Shown in pieces: positions 38,561-50,178 of a stretch of DNA of 60,000 nt. This stretch comes from Malacoraja senta (lineage: Eukaryota): positions 11,968,001-12,028,000 of the forward strand of contig CM075990.1 of the NCBI GenBank assembly GCA_038087875.1, read 5' to 3'. The notes beneath the pieces are model-generated. The model worked only from the letters and a program-made list of their open reading frames with translations, was not told where the DNA came from and ran no database searches. A program made the position numbers and the translations under genes. Each line of letters opens with the position of its first letter. The stretch's first letter is position 1.

Positions 38561-41500
38561 TACTGTATGTGTGCCAAAAAAATATTGGGTTTTGATTTGC
38601 CGCTCCTTGGTGCTGCACAGCATCCTCCTGGTGCTGACATTCCTGCGAGGTTGTGAAATTGTGGTAAACACAATGACAGCTTTTCGGGCTGCGGGTCAGG
38701 AGGCATCTCTGGAGATGCTGAAGAAGGGTCCCGACCCGAAATGCCACCTGTCTTTTTTTTCCTCCAGAAATGCTGCTTGACCCGCCGAGTTACTCCAGCA
38801 CTTTGTGTCTATCACTGGTATGTACCAGCATCTGCAGTTCCATTCGATGCATGTGCAGAATCTAAATCGGGTACCAAGAAAACCTAGATTTAAATCAGGT
38901 AGAGAAAGCAACAGAAAGGAAGTGAAACCAAGTCTGTATAAAAAAAGAAAAAAGTGTGTATTTAAAGGAGGAGCAGTGGTGTGGATCTTGGGTTCTGCAT
39001 AGTTGTGGTGAGGTTTCATCTCTGCAACTGAGCAACATATTGTAGAAATGCAGGTTGGAGACCGCTTGGAAACAGGCCACTTTGGCCCACTGAGTCCAAG
39101 CCAACCATACATAGATCACCCATTCAAACCAGTTCTATGTTATCCCACTTTCTCACCCACTCTCTACACACGAGGGCCAATTCTACAGAGGCCAATTAGC
39201 CCACAAACCCGCACACCTTTAGAATGTGAAGCCCACGCAATCACGGGGAGAACCTGCAAACTCCACACCGATAGCACCCGAGGTCATGATTGAACCAGGG
39301 TCTCTGGCACCAAGGCAATAGCTTAACGAGGTGTGCAAGTCTCCACTCTCAAATATCTGGGATCAAACTAGTTTTGCCATCATTTTTGACATTCTTTCTT
39401 CGCATAAATTGTGGGGCAGCACAGTGGTCCACCTGGTGGAGCTGCTGCCTCCCTCATCCCAAAGACGTGCAGATTTACGGGTCAATTGTAGGCGGCACGT
39501 TGGCGCAACGGAAGAGACTCTCTGCCTTACAGCGACAAAGACCCGGGTTCAATACTGACTACGGGTCTGTACGGAGTTTGTACATTCTCCCTGTGTCCGG
39601 CTTGGTTTTTTTTCCAGGTGTTCCGGTTTCCTCCCAAGGTCCAAAGACGGATAAATTTGTAGGCTAATTGCTTTGGTAGATTTTTTAATTGTCCCTAGTG
39701 TGTGTAGGATAGTCTTAGTGTGTGGGGATCGCTGGTCGCGGTGGGATGTAATAATAATAATAATAAAAGTTTATTGGTCACATACTCAATTATACAGGTA
39801 TAACCAGTAGTGAAATGCTTAAGTGCCTGTCCAGTTTTGCATGGTTCCCCACTTACACATAACCCACATAAAACAATACCTACATATAACACATACCCCA
39901 TAAATATACCACATAACAAGTAGTGCTGTTACAAGCAAAGTGACAAGTGTAGGGCTTGTTTTCTCACTGCGTCTCTAAACTACACCAGACTAAACTCTGT
40001 AGATTGCTCCTCGTCTGTAGGGAGTGGATGAGAAAGTGGGATAGCATAGAATTAGTGTGAATGGCCAGCATGGAATCGATGGGGGAATTCATCTTTCAGG
40101 CAAGTTACCATACTGTATCTCTCAACGAAACTAAACCAACTGTAAACTCTGGGTGGTAATATTCATTGGTTCCTTCAGAAAGTAATGGGATGTTGGAAAA
40201 TGTTACAGGTCACATTTTAATCGTGAAGTAAATTACGGAGTCTTCAAACATTTCATCTGGTTCACTAAACAGCAATGGCAAGCTGTTCAATGCAGATTAA
40301 AATAAATAACGAGACCTTGCTCCTGACAAATGAGTCTTCTGTTTAAAGATTTGTTGCCAGAGTGTTCAATAAATCTGTGCTTCCACGAGATGCTTCCAAT
40401 GCACAGCACCAGGAGTTGTACACGAGAACGGACAAGGAAGATGGACTCTGAGTCGCTTCCAAGATGGCGCCCAATGCAGGCGACTATTTGCGTAGTGGCC
40501 ACTGAAGCAGATCTACAATTACATATTACAGTTGCTTCACACTCTTAAATCTCTATACACTATACATTAAATGGCTCGATCGCAATCATGTATAGTCTCT
40601 GCTGACTGGATAGCACACGAGAAAAGCTTTTCACTTCACCTCAGTACATGTGACAATAAACTAAACTGAACTGCCAAAGATGGAGGGGGAGTGTATTTTG
40701 GGATTGATTTCTGGATCTGCATCTCTGTAATACATCAGCATTCTCGTGTGAAGAGATCATGTTAAGCGGAAAGAGTTGGCTTGAAATTATTGGCGTTCAA
40801 AAGAAATATGGTGTTGTTCCTCATGAAGATGTAAGATTCTGAGGGGTCTTGATGTGATAGCTGCCAAGACAATGTACTCTAAGTGGATGGATGGACGTTG
40901 AAATCTAGAACTCTAGCTGACTCTTTCAGAATAAGGGGTGTCCGATGTTGGCGTATGTAGAAGAAGTTGTTCTGGAGGTCATGGACCTTATGGATTTTCT
41001 TTCTCGGGCAGGTGAGGAGTCTGCAGCATTGAATGTGTTCAATGGCTCAGTTGTTTTTAGTCTACAGTGGATTTGAGAGCAACAGTGAATGTTGAGGAAG
41101 GGGAAGCTGAGAACATGATCATAAAGAATTATGTTGTAGCTGCATCACTGTGCTGACTTAACACCGATTTGGAATTATGGTGTTGAAGATGGAGCTATAG
41201 TCGATGACATGGAGTCTCGAGGGTGTTCATGCATTCCAGATGTTATCCAGATGTTCCAGGAAAACACGCACCTCCAGATTCGGAGACAGTTTCTTCCCAG
41301 CTGTTATCAGGCACTGAACCATCCTATCAACAAGACCAGGATGATGCTATCTGCCTTGGAGCTGTAGCAGCTGTAGGCAAAGTAGTGGATCAAGGCTGCA
41401 TTGGAGGCTAGAGCTGATGAGAGCCGTGACCTATCGTTCATAGCATTTCACGATGGTGGCTGTCGGAGGCCCCTGAGGCGTGCTAACTAGCTGTTATTTA

Positions 41501-41732
41501 GCAGCAGAGCACCAGTGGTCATCTTAACGACTCAAAATGCTCGAACATCTCAGCGGGTCAGGCAGCATCTCTGGAGAAAAGGAGTAGGTGACGTCTTGGG
41601 TCGAGATCAGATTGGACCCGAAACGTCACCTCGTCCTTTTCGCCAGAGGTGCTGCCTGACAGGCCGAGTCACTCCAGCATTTTGCGTATACCTTTGGTGT
41701 AAACCAGCATCTGCAGTTCCTTCCTACACGCC

Positions 41733-41880
41733 GTGGTCATCTTAAAGCAGGTTGGAATCTCAGAATAGCACAGGGAGAGGTTAAAGACGTCCACGAATAC
41801 CATTGCCAGCTGATCCGTGCAACTTCTGAGGATATGGCCAGTGACTCCATCCACCCAGACCTGGTGCTTTCTGAGGGTTG
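41733..41880 (-). mobile_element. Degraded Rex1-type reverse transcriptase fragment
   Basis: ILRSCTDQLAMVFVDVFNLSL...PTCFK; interrupted by a Penelope palindrome with the 13-bp TSD GTGGTCATCTTAA. Confidence 0.65.
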
Positions 41881-42089
41881 ACTTCAGAAAGGCCAATCTG
41901 TGATGGTGACCATAGATGGAGGTGCACTCGTTGAAGTGGGTGACATCAATCCATTGCCCTCTGTTCATAGTCGTAGTCATAGAGTGATAATGTGGAAACA
42001 GGCCCTTCCGCCCAACTTGCCCACACCGGCCAACATGTCCCAGCTACACTGGTCCCACCTTCCAGCATTTGGTCCATATCCCTCCAAAG

Positions 42090-42443
42090 ATTGTTAAGGG
42101 TTTGGACACGCTAGAGGCAGGAAACATGTTCCCGATGTTGGGGGAGTCCAGAACCAGGGGCCACAGTTCAAGAATAAGGGGTAAGCCATTTAGGACGGAG
42201 ACGAGGAAACACTTTTTCTCACAGAGAGTGGTGAGTCTGTGGAATTCTCTGCCTCAGAGGGTGGTGGAGGCAGGTTCTCTGGATGCTTTCAAGAGAGAGC
42301 TAGATAGGGCTCTTAAAAATAGTGGAGTCGGGATATGGGGAGAAGGCAAGAACGGGGTACTGATTGGGGATGATCAGCCATGATCACATTGAATGGCGGT
42401 GCTGGCTCGAAGGGCCGAATGGCCTACTCCTGCACCTATTGTC
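42090..42443 (+). mobile_element. CR1 LINE 3' end nested in an opposite-strand CR1 tail (41975-42088, 42590-42710)
   Basis: KGLDTLEAGNMFPMLGESRTRGH...FFSQRVVSLWNSLP. Confidence 0.88.
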
Positions 42444-42578
42444 TTCTTCTTTCGTGTGGCGTGCACAGCCTAAAGTTGTTGGACAACTTGTTCTATTTGA
42501 TCTTCCGTTTGTGCTCGTCGAGTTGATTGCATTAGTCGAAACAGGGCAGACCACGTGAAGTTTGCAATCTTCCACCCC
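42444..42578 (-). mobile_element. ~135-nt Vingi/Ingi-like non-autonomous retroposon
   Basis: Begins GGGGTGG and ends CGCCACACGAAAGAAGAAG; partial second copy at 1-70. Confidence 0.7.
42525..42578 (-). ncRNA. Minimal HDV-like self-cleaving ribozyme motif
   Basis: P1 GGGGUGG/CUGCCCU with G1-U; P2 GAUUGCA/UGCAAUC; P3 AAC/GGU with one mismatch; L3 UUCACGU; UUCG mini-P4; J4/2 CUAA. Confidence 0.72.
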
Positions 42579-43200
42579 GTCTATTGTCAAACCCGCCCTA
42601 TCCATGTACCTGTCCAAATGCTTCTGAGACATTGGGTTAGTCCCTGCCTCAACTACCCCCTCGTGCAGCTTGTTCCATACATCCACCCTCTTTTGTGTGA
42701 AAAAATGATGTCCCACTTAGCACTATTGTTTTAAGTATGGATTTATTCTTAGAAACCATAAGAATGTATAATTTATTTCAATTCAATCTAATTAAAGCGA
42801 AGAGATTAATGAACACCATGAGCAGAAGGATTGCCGTGCAATTTTCTGTTTAAATTGGAAGATCAGTATGTTTTAATACCAATTAGAGCTAAGTACGACC
42901 CCACTAAATCAAATAAGGTTGTTCATGGGTTTTTTGGGGGGGGCTAATGCAGGAAGATGAACAAGGTTTTAGATGAGATGGGTCTTCATCACATAACTTG
43001 CATGGCCCCATTTGTATTGTATTGTATATCCATATTGTATTATGTATTTTTTGTCTGCTTTCGTTCTGAATGTGTGGGTTTGTTGGTTGTTGGCTCCTGG
43101 ACATCTGAATTTCCCTGAGGGGATCAATAAAGTATTTATTATTATTATTTATATGATGAGGCAAGAAACAGCTGGAATCTCGAGCAAAACATAAAGTGCT

Positions 43201-43393
43201 TCTTCTTCTTTTCGTGTCCATCTTGTTACAAATGTTGACCTCGCTGTCATCGTCCGTCCTGAAAAGGACGCAAGCTTCCGGCGACAATCAGTGGAAACCA
43301 GCACTTGTCTCAATAGATGATGGTGGTAGCAGAATTAGCTCAGGATACTTCCAGTTTCCAGCCCCGCGACGTGGACGCTTCTGCTATGGGGCC
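43201..43393 (-). mobile_element. 193-nt Vingi/Ingi-like non-autonomous retroposon with a 12-bp TSD
   Basis: TSD ACATAAAGTGCT at 43189-43200 and 43394-43405; tail CACGAAAAGAAGAAGAA. Confidence 0.8.
43327..43393 (-). ncRNA. HDV-like self-cleaving ribozyme motif
   Basis: P1 GGCCCC/GGGGCU with G1-U; P2 UAGCAGAA/UUCUGCUA; P3 GCG/CGC; L3 UCCACGU; P1.1 CC/GG; imperfect P4; J4/2 CUAA. Confidence 0.82.
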
Positions 43394-43619
43394 ACATAAA
43401 GTGCTGACGAAACTCAACAGGTCAGGCAGCATCTGTGGAGGGAATGGACAGATGACATTGTAGGAGCTGCCTGACCTGCTGAAATCCCCCAGCACCTTGT
43501 GGTAAGCTGCATTTATGAACCTGCCTCGTGGGCTTGGCTTCATATCCCTGCAGTTGGCCCACTCCCCATGGCTAATATTTAATAATGAATATTTATTGAA
43601 TACATCTTGCCTGATGGGT

Positions 43620-43945
43620 GTCCTCTTTCTCCCTTCAGGCAAGAGGGACGCAATTGTGAAAACGCACACCTCCAGATTCAGAGACAGTTTCTTCCCAGCT
43701 GTTATCAGGCAACTGAACCATCCTATCAACAACTAGAGAGCAGTCCTGAGCTACCATCCCCCTCATTAGAGATCCTCAGACTATCGTCATTCAGACTTTC
43801 CTGGACTTTATCTTGCAGTAAATATTATTTCCTTGATCATGTATCTGTACACTGTGGACGGCCTGATTGTGATAGTCGATAGTCTTTCCGTTGACTGGTT
43901 AGCACTGTGACTCGGTACACGTGACAATAAAATAAATGAAACTAA
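43620..43945 (+). mobile_element. Rex1-type LINE 3' end
   Basis: TSRFRDSFFPAVIRQLN, then the tail GGTACACGTGACAATAAA. Confidence 0.7.
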
Positions 43946-44005
43946 GTTGAGTTTTAATCCTTTTTATTCTGTCTGTCCACCAGGTAATGGCAACAGCAGT
44001 CCAAG

Positions 44006-44069
44006 ATGAAGACTGGACCACTTCCTTGCGTGTTAGGCTTGTTGCTGTTCCTGCAGTCTTTATCACTGG
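44006..44069 (+). CDS. CDH23: Cadherin-23-type gene, first coding exon (exon 43984-44069): signal peptide MKTGPLPCVLGLLLFLQSLSL(G)
   Basis: Pyrimidine tract and CAG acceptor at 43983; aagATG; hydrophobic core; phase-1 donor G|GTAAGT that joins in frame to 48058. Confidence 0.8.
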
Positions 44070-47000
44070 GTAAGTATTGTCACGGAGCGTGTTTGTGTCA
44101 TCGGAATCTTGAGGATAAGGTTGAGCAAGTAATTTCCAGCCAAATCATCCGAAACCTTTTACATTGTGTGTTGCTGTCAGGTTGTTTCATTGAGGTTTAA
44201 TGCTGCAAAGTCAACCGGGAATAACTGTTGAATGAAAAGCAATGGATGTACACTGTAGATCGTGAGTGACCAGATCTTTGTGTTAGTTGCCGTTCAGTGT
44301 TATTCGGTGCTGATGTCGCTAGCAACGGCAATATTTATTCCCTATCTTCCTCAATGGTTCTGAACCGCGGAGGCAGATAGTCAAACACGTTGTTGGGCCC
44401 GGTGTCGATCCGTGAAAGCTGGTGACGATTGCAGATGTCTAATGGAGGATGACTCGGCTACTATGTCAGCTCCTCTGTCCAAGCCTGACCGACACCTGAA
44501 TCTGAGTCTTCCACGTTGCTGCAGGCCAGCCTCCCCCGATCAACTCTTTGTAAAGTGGAGATCCCGCAAAGATCTCCTGTCCCTGCCGAAGTTGTACCAA
44601 TTATTATTTCTGTCGCTGTTTACTAAAAAATAAAATGCTGAAAGCACTCAGTGGGTCCGGCAGCGCCTGTAGAAAGAGAAATAGGGATTACGTTTAGAAT
44701 TGTGCATCTCTTTCTGTAGATGCTGCCTAACATGCTGAGTGTTTCCACCAGTTTTTGATTTGTATGGAGACCTGTTGAGGCTCCTGGTTAAGCGATGCTT
44801 CGAACCTAAAATTGACTCCACTGTGTTCATATCCTTCCAGGGTTACTCTTCCTTCAATCACCTGTCTGTATAATCTCATCTTGTCACACTGTGATCTCCA
44901 TGTTCTCTCTTTACAGCATCTTGTCCAACCCCAAATTCAGTTGCTCCACTACCTGATGAAGTGATTTCTGCTGGCAAAATACAAAGATCTCTAGTTCCCC
45001 CCCCCCCCCCCCCCCCCCCCCACCCGGCCTGTCCATTGCCTCCTTTAAGCTGAACCGTATAAACCCATGGTGTAGGAAGGAACTGCAGATGCTAGTTTAT
45101 ACTGAAGATAGACACAACATACTGGAGTAACTCGGAGGGTCGGGCAGCATCTTTGGAGAAATAGAATAAGTGACGTTTTGGGCCGGTATGTCTGAAGTAG
45201 GGTTCTGACACCTATTCATTTTCTCCAGAGATGCTGCCTGCAGGGTTGAGTCACTCCAACATCTTGTGTCCGTCTTTAGTGTAAACCAGCATCTGCAGTT
45301 CCTTCCTCTGCCAGATGAATTAATCACCCATGGTTTTGATGAGTGACAACCAAAAACTGCCAAGGTGGGAATGCTCAGCAAATCGCTCGGCAGGAAAGAG
45401 AAAGAGCGAGCAATTCAGGTTGAAGATCCATCGTCCTTTGACGAAGGAATTGATCATCTGGCTGAGCATCCCCTTGCGTGACTTGGATGAAATTTGTTTG
45501 ATGAAAGCTCCAGTGAGCAGGTTGGGACCAATTAAAATATCTGTGGAACTGAAAGTTCAGCAGAATTATGGAACCGATACAACAGTGATCACACTCAACA
45601 GGGCCCAGTTTTGCTGTAGAATTGGGTATTCCCTAGAGCTTTAATTACTTGGTTCTCCACAACTTCCCAATTTGTAATTTATTTTGAAATGTTATTGATC
45701 TATTCTTAAGAGACATCAGTTTCTGTTTAATATCTTCTTATCTCCATTTGAAAATTTCTCCTTTCATTTCAGAGTTTGTGACCAAATTCTGAAGTGAAGA
45801 CTATGCTCTGAAGTATCCCTCGCCCTTTTTACGAAGTGTGTGTGCGTGTGTGTGTTAAGCTGGAGTGGGTAGGGGGTCAGGCATGGATGATGGGGGCTGG
45901 AGGATCCAGGGAGTGGCATGGGCAAGTGGGTGGAAAACTGGGAGGATGGGGGAAACACACGGAGGGGAGATGACCTAAAATTGGAAAATCTGCCGTTCTT
46001 GTCTTTGGGTTGTAGACTACACGTGGAATATGACGTGTCGTTCCTTTAGTTTGTGTTGACCTTCACCTTGACATTGGAGAAGGTCAAGGATGGACCGGTT
46101 GGCATGGGAATAGGAGAGCGGGTTTTCTCTGGGTGCTCCGGTTTCCTCCCACACTCCAAAGACGTACAGGTTTGTAGGTTAATTGGCTTGGTATAATTGT
46201 AAATTGTCCCTAGTGTGTATGTAGGATAGTGTTAGTGTGTGCAGCGATCGGTGGGCTGAAGGGCACTGTATCTCTAAACTAAACTTTAGATATCTGCAAA
46301 TTGCCAAGTGGGACTCCCAAGGGTAAAGCTCAGGAGATGCGTTTTCCGGGATTCCAATGTGAGTGAATGTTCTCCACCTCCTATGATCTGATCACACTGA
46401 TCAAAGCGAGCCAATAGCTAGCAGACTTGTGCTAAACAGGTCTCTGTTCTCGCGGTCTTGGCGTGAGAAATGCTCTCTCCCATTGTTGCAAAAGCTGAGA
46501 AGTTGCCCCATACGTGTGGCCACACAGTGAGTGTATCTTAAAACGCATGCCGGCACTCTGCTCCTTGCTCACTGTTGAACACTTTAAGGGCTGATGGCTG
46601 ATAGCTTGAAAAAATCATTAGTATTCAATCAAGTGAAAAGAAGTGTAATTATATAGTGATGGTTCGGTGAACTGAGTTGTATTGAGTGGCAGGGGTCAAA
46701 AGTTATTTTCTACATTACTGATCCCTTAACAGTTTTTTTTATATGGGAAGCTGTAGACTGCATAATATAGTATCAAAATATAAGTACATTTTTGCATTCG
46801 ATTGTGATGTTGATATTCAATTGTGCTGGTATATTTTATATTTCCGTGGTCTTTTATTTTGTTTTGAATTTAAATGGGGTTACCCAGTCCCAAAATTGTT
46901 CGGTGTGGTGTTGAGAACATTTGGCAGATTTAACATATTGAAGAGTCGTCCTGAAATGGGCCCTTCAAGCTCAGTGAGTTGATGCCATCCATCATGCATC

Positions 47001-48057
47001 AATCTTGATTGATTAATCAGCGGGACAGGTAGCATCTCTGGAGAGAAGGAATAGGCGACGTTTCGGGTCTTCAGACTGAAGAAGGGTCTCGACCCGAAAC
47101 GTCACCCATTCCTTCCCTCCAGAGATGCTGCCTGTGAGTTGCTCCAGCTTTTTGTGTCCACCTTCGGTTTAAACCAGCATCTGCAGTTCCTTCCTACACA
47201 TTAATGGGTGTAGAGTTGCGTATTGGCCAAAGTGAGTCAGGAGATCGGGCCATCTTCCCTGGACGATGTTGTAGCAACAACCCATCAAGTTCACCAGTCT
47301 TGTAGTGTTGTGGCAATGGAGACGAACTTTATTTGGGGGTTCCAGATTAATTTGAGCTTTGAATTCAGCAGCTGCTGTGGTTGAATTTGAACTCATCCCT
47401 GGATCAATGGTCCAGAACTTTAGCTGACAGTCCAGTACCTTAACCACAATATGCACTGTAAGGTTCTTTGTGATTTTAAGAGATTATGAAAGACACAACA
47501 TGAATACAGACCCCCCCCCCCCCCCCCCCCACCCTCGTTGTCCGACTAGTTCCACGGTCTCCTGGTTCATTTTACTGATTGCACGCCTCGTTGGCACCTC
47601 GGCCAACAATGAAGCATTCCATACTTCCTTGATCATCGTCTGCATTGCATTGATCATCCTGACCTCGGGTGCTGACTGTACGGAGGTGGTGCGTTCTCCC
47701 TGGGACCTTCTTGGGTTTTCTCCGGGTGCTCCAGTCTCCTCCCACACTCCAAAGACCAACAGGTTTGCAGGTTAATTGGCTTGGGTTAAATTGTCCCCAG
47801 AGTTCTGACACGATACACCTACGTGACACCACTGGGCCACATGCTGAGCTCTTTGGTCAGCACCAGTTGGTTTGTTATAAAGGGTGTGCTGAAATAAGGA
47901 GTTGCGCAGACAGTCTACCTTCCTAATAACCAAGTGAGGCTTGAGTTGTGATCGATTAGCTGCAATCAATCTTACAAACTAATTGTGTTTCCAAAACAAG
48001 GCTCTGCAGAAGATCCACGCCAGTTGATAATGAATGTTCTTGTTTGTTTGTTTACAG

Positions 48058-48138
48058 GTCTGGCTTACAACCAACTACCTTATTTCCTGAATTACTACTT
48101 TGATCAATATTTTTTAGTCTATGAAAATGTCTCTGTTG
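48058..48138 (+). CDS. CDH23: Cadherin-23-type gene, exon for the EC1 N-terminus: (G)LAYNQLPYFLNYYFDQYFLVYENVSV(G)
   Basis: TTTACAG acceptor and G|GTGAGT donor; 81 nt, phase 1-1; aligns without gaps to recalled human QVNRLPFFTNHFFDTYLLISEDTPVG (12/26 identical). Confidence 0.85.
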
Positions 48139-49254
48139 GTGAGTATTTGGTGCCTTTTTAAAGATTTTTTTGTTAAACCAACGTTGTGATGTTGAGGCAA
48201 TGTGGTTTGAAAATGTCGCGCGGAGGATGTGTTGTCCGCTTGCTGGGACTGTTCTCCAGGTGTTTGTGGAGGTGAACAGAAAAACCTTCATATCCTGAAT
48301 GCAAAATTCAGCTGAGCATTTCCCACTTAACGTAGACCCGGGCCGTCAGTGCAAACTGAACGAGCAGATTGTGGAAGTTATTTATTGGTCTGCCTGCCCT
48401 GTTGGCTTGATGTTTGGACTTTAATGCCCATTTTTGTAGTCAATGGAGAGGCACAGTGGCCAGTGGAAGCTGAGGAACAGATTGAAGGGAGGCAGTGAGA
48501 ATTATAACTCGAGTAACTCTGATTAGAGCAGTAATGAGATTGAATCGAGGCATGGGGAACAATACTGATTGGAACTGTGCAAAATCCAAGGGAATGCAAA
48601 GAAGCAAAAACAGAAAAGCAATTTGTTTCCACGGCCAATATATAATTCAGGTTGGATGGTTTTTTTTTTCCTTAATCGATTTAATAAGCTATTGATCATT
48701 ACAAGCAAATAAATAAAAGAAGAAAATGCTGGAAATGTTCGTCAGATCATGCAAGAGAAATGGAGTTAATGACCTTTCATCAAAGCCGCCTGACACGAGT
48801 ATTCTAATCATTTAGACAGACACAGAATGCTGGAGTAACTCAGCAGGACAGGCAGCATCTCTGGAGAGAATGAATGGGTGACGTTTTGGGTCGAGACCCT
48901 TCTTCAGAAGCGTAACGTCACCCACTCCTTCTCTCCAGAGATGCTGCCTGTTCAGCCGAGTTACTCCAGAATTTTGTCTCTCTTTGGATCCTTCCTGCAC
49001 ATTATTCTCAGCATTTTCTGTTTTTACTTCAACTTTCCACCACCTGCTTTGTCTTTTGATTGCAACCAATGAATTTGGCTCGGATTCTGCAAAGCAAACT
49101 GATTCTGCTGTAACTTGCTAGTGGGTACTGGGTTTGTTGAAGTCTCCATTGGGTTACAAGTGTAATTTAGCACTAGTCCGAATGGTGAAATGTGGATGGT
49201 CCAAAGGGCTTGTTTCCTTATCAAATGCCTTGTTGGCAGAGACTGAATCATGAT

Positions 49255-49425
49255 ATGTCCTCACTAGCACAGTATCCCAGTGTGATACAGTGACAGACCT
49301 GTCCCCACTGGTACCACACACCAGCGTTACAGTGACTGACATGTCCCCACCAGTACTGAACCCCAGTGTTATGCAGTGACAAGACCTATCCCCACAAGTA
49401 CTGTACACCAGTTACACAGTGACAG
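49255..49425. repeat. Short degenerate tandem repeat, ~40-45-bp unit
   Basis: Recurring CCAGTGTTATACAGTGACAGACCTGTCCCCACCAGTACTG-like unit. Confidence 0.8.
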
Positions 49426-49876
49426 ATGGTTGGAGACACTGCAGAGTTCTGGTTTTCAGTGATTTTTTCCACATACATCTACTGTTTTTGTGGGGTGAAA
49501 TACATGAACGTGGGTTAATATTCCAACAAGAAATGTATTGGTAAACTACTTGGAACCTGAATTGTGATAATTGTGATGAAGCGCTTAAGAGAATCATTGG
49601 TCAATCTTGGGTAATGATCTTGTCAGATTCACAAACCTCTGAAGTGTGTAACTAGCAGAGATAAACGTCAGGCTAGAGAAATCCCACTGCAGGTAGGTTG
49701 AATGAATATTCAATGTTTATTTAATAATGTATTGCACAAGAACATTGTACCGGGGAACTATGCATGGAATTTTTATCTGCGTTAACAGTTCCAGAGGAGA
49801 AGGCGAGGTGCTGGGTGTGGTGTTAGACATTCTCTCATGCTTCATGCTGGGGACATACATGGCTTCTCTTTAATTA

Positions 49877-50178
49877 TGGTGGAGCAGCGGTAGAGTTGCT
49901 GCCTTACAGCGCCAGAGTCCCGAGTTCAATCCTGACTCTGGCCGCTGTCTGTACAGAGTTTGGACGTTCTCCATGTGACCTGTGTGGGTTTTCTCCGGGC
50001 GCTCCGGTTTCCTCCCACACTCCAAAGATGTACAGGTTTGTAGGCTAATTGGCTTGGTATGAATATAAATTGCCCCTAGTGTGTGTAGGATAGTGCAAGT
50101 GTGTGCGGATCGCTGGTCGGTGCGGACTCGGTGGGCCGAAGGGCCTGTTTCCGCACCATATCTCTAAAGTAAAGTAAG
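49877..50178 (+). mobile_element. HE1-type V-SINE
   Basis: Complete head, V-domain and tail. Confidence 0.85.

Noticed and set aside
45771..45840. Good acceptor TTTCATTTCAG between the two CDH23 coding exons
   Set aside because: In-frame TGA after six codons in the required phase, and no good donor.
49255..49425. Repeat-spacer-like pattern (CRISPR?)
   Set aside because: Degenerate tandem repeat without unique spacers, in vertebrate DNA with no cas genes.
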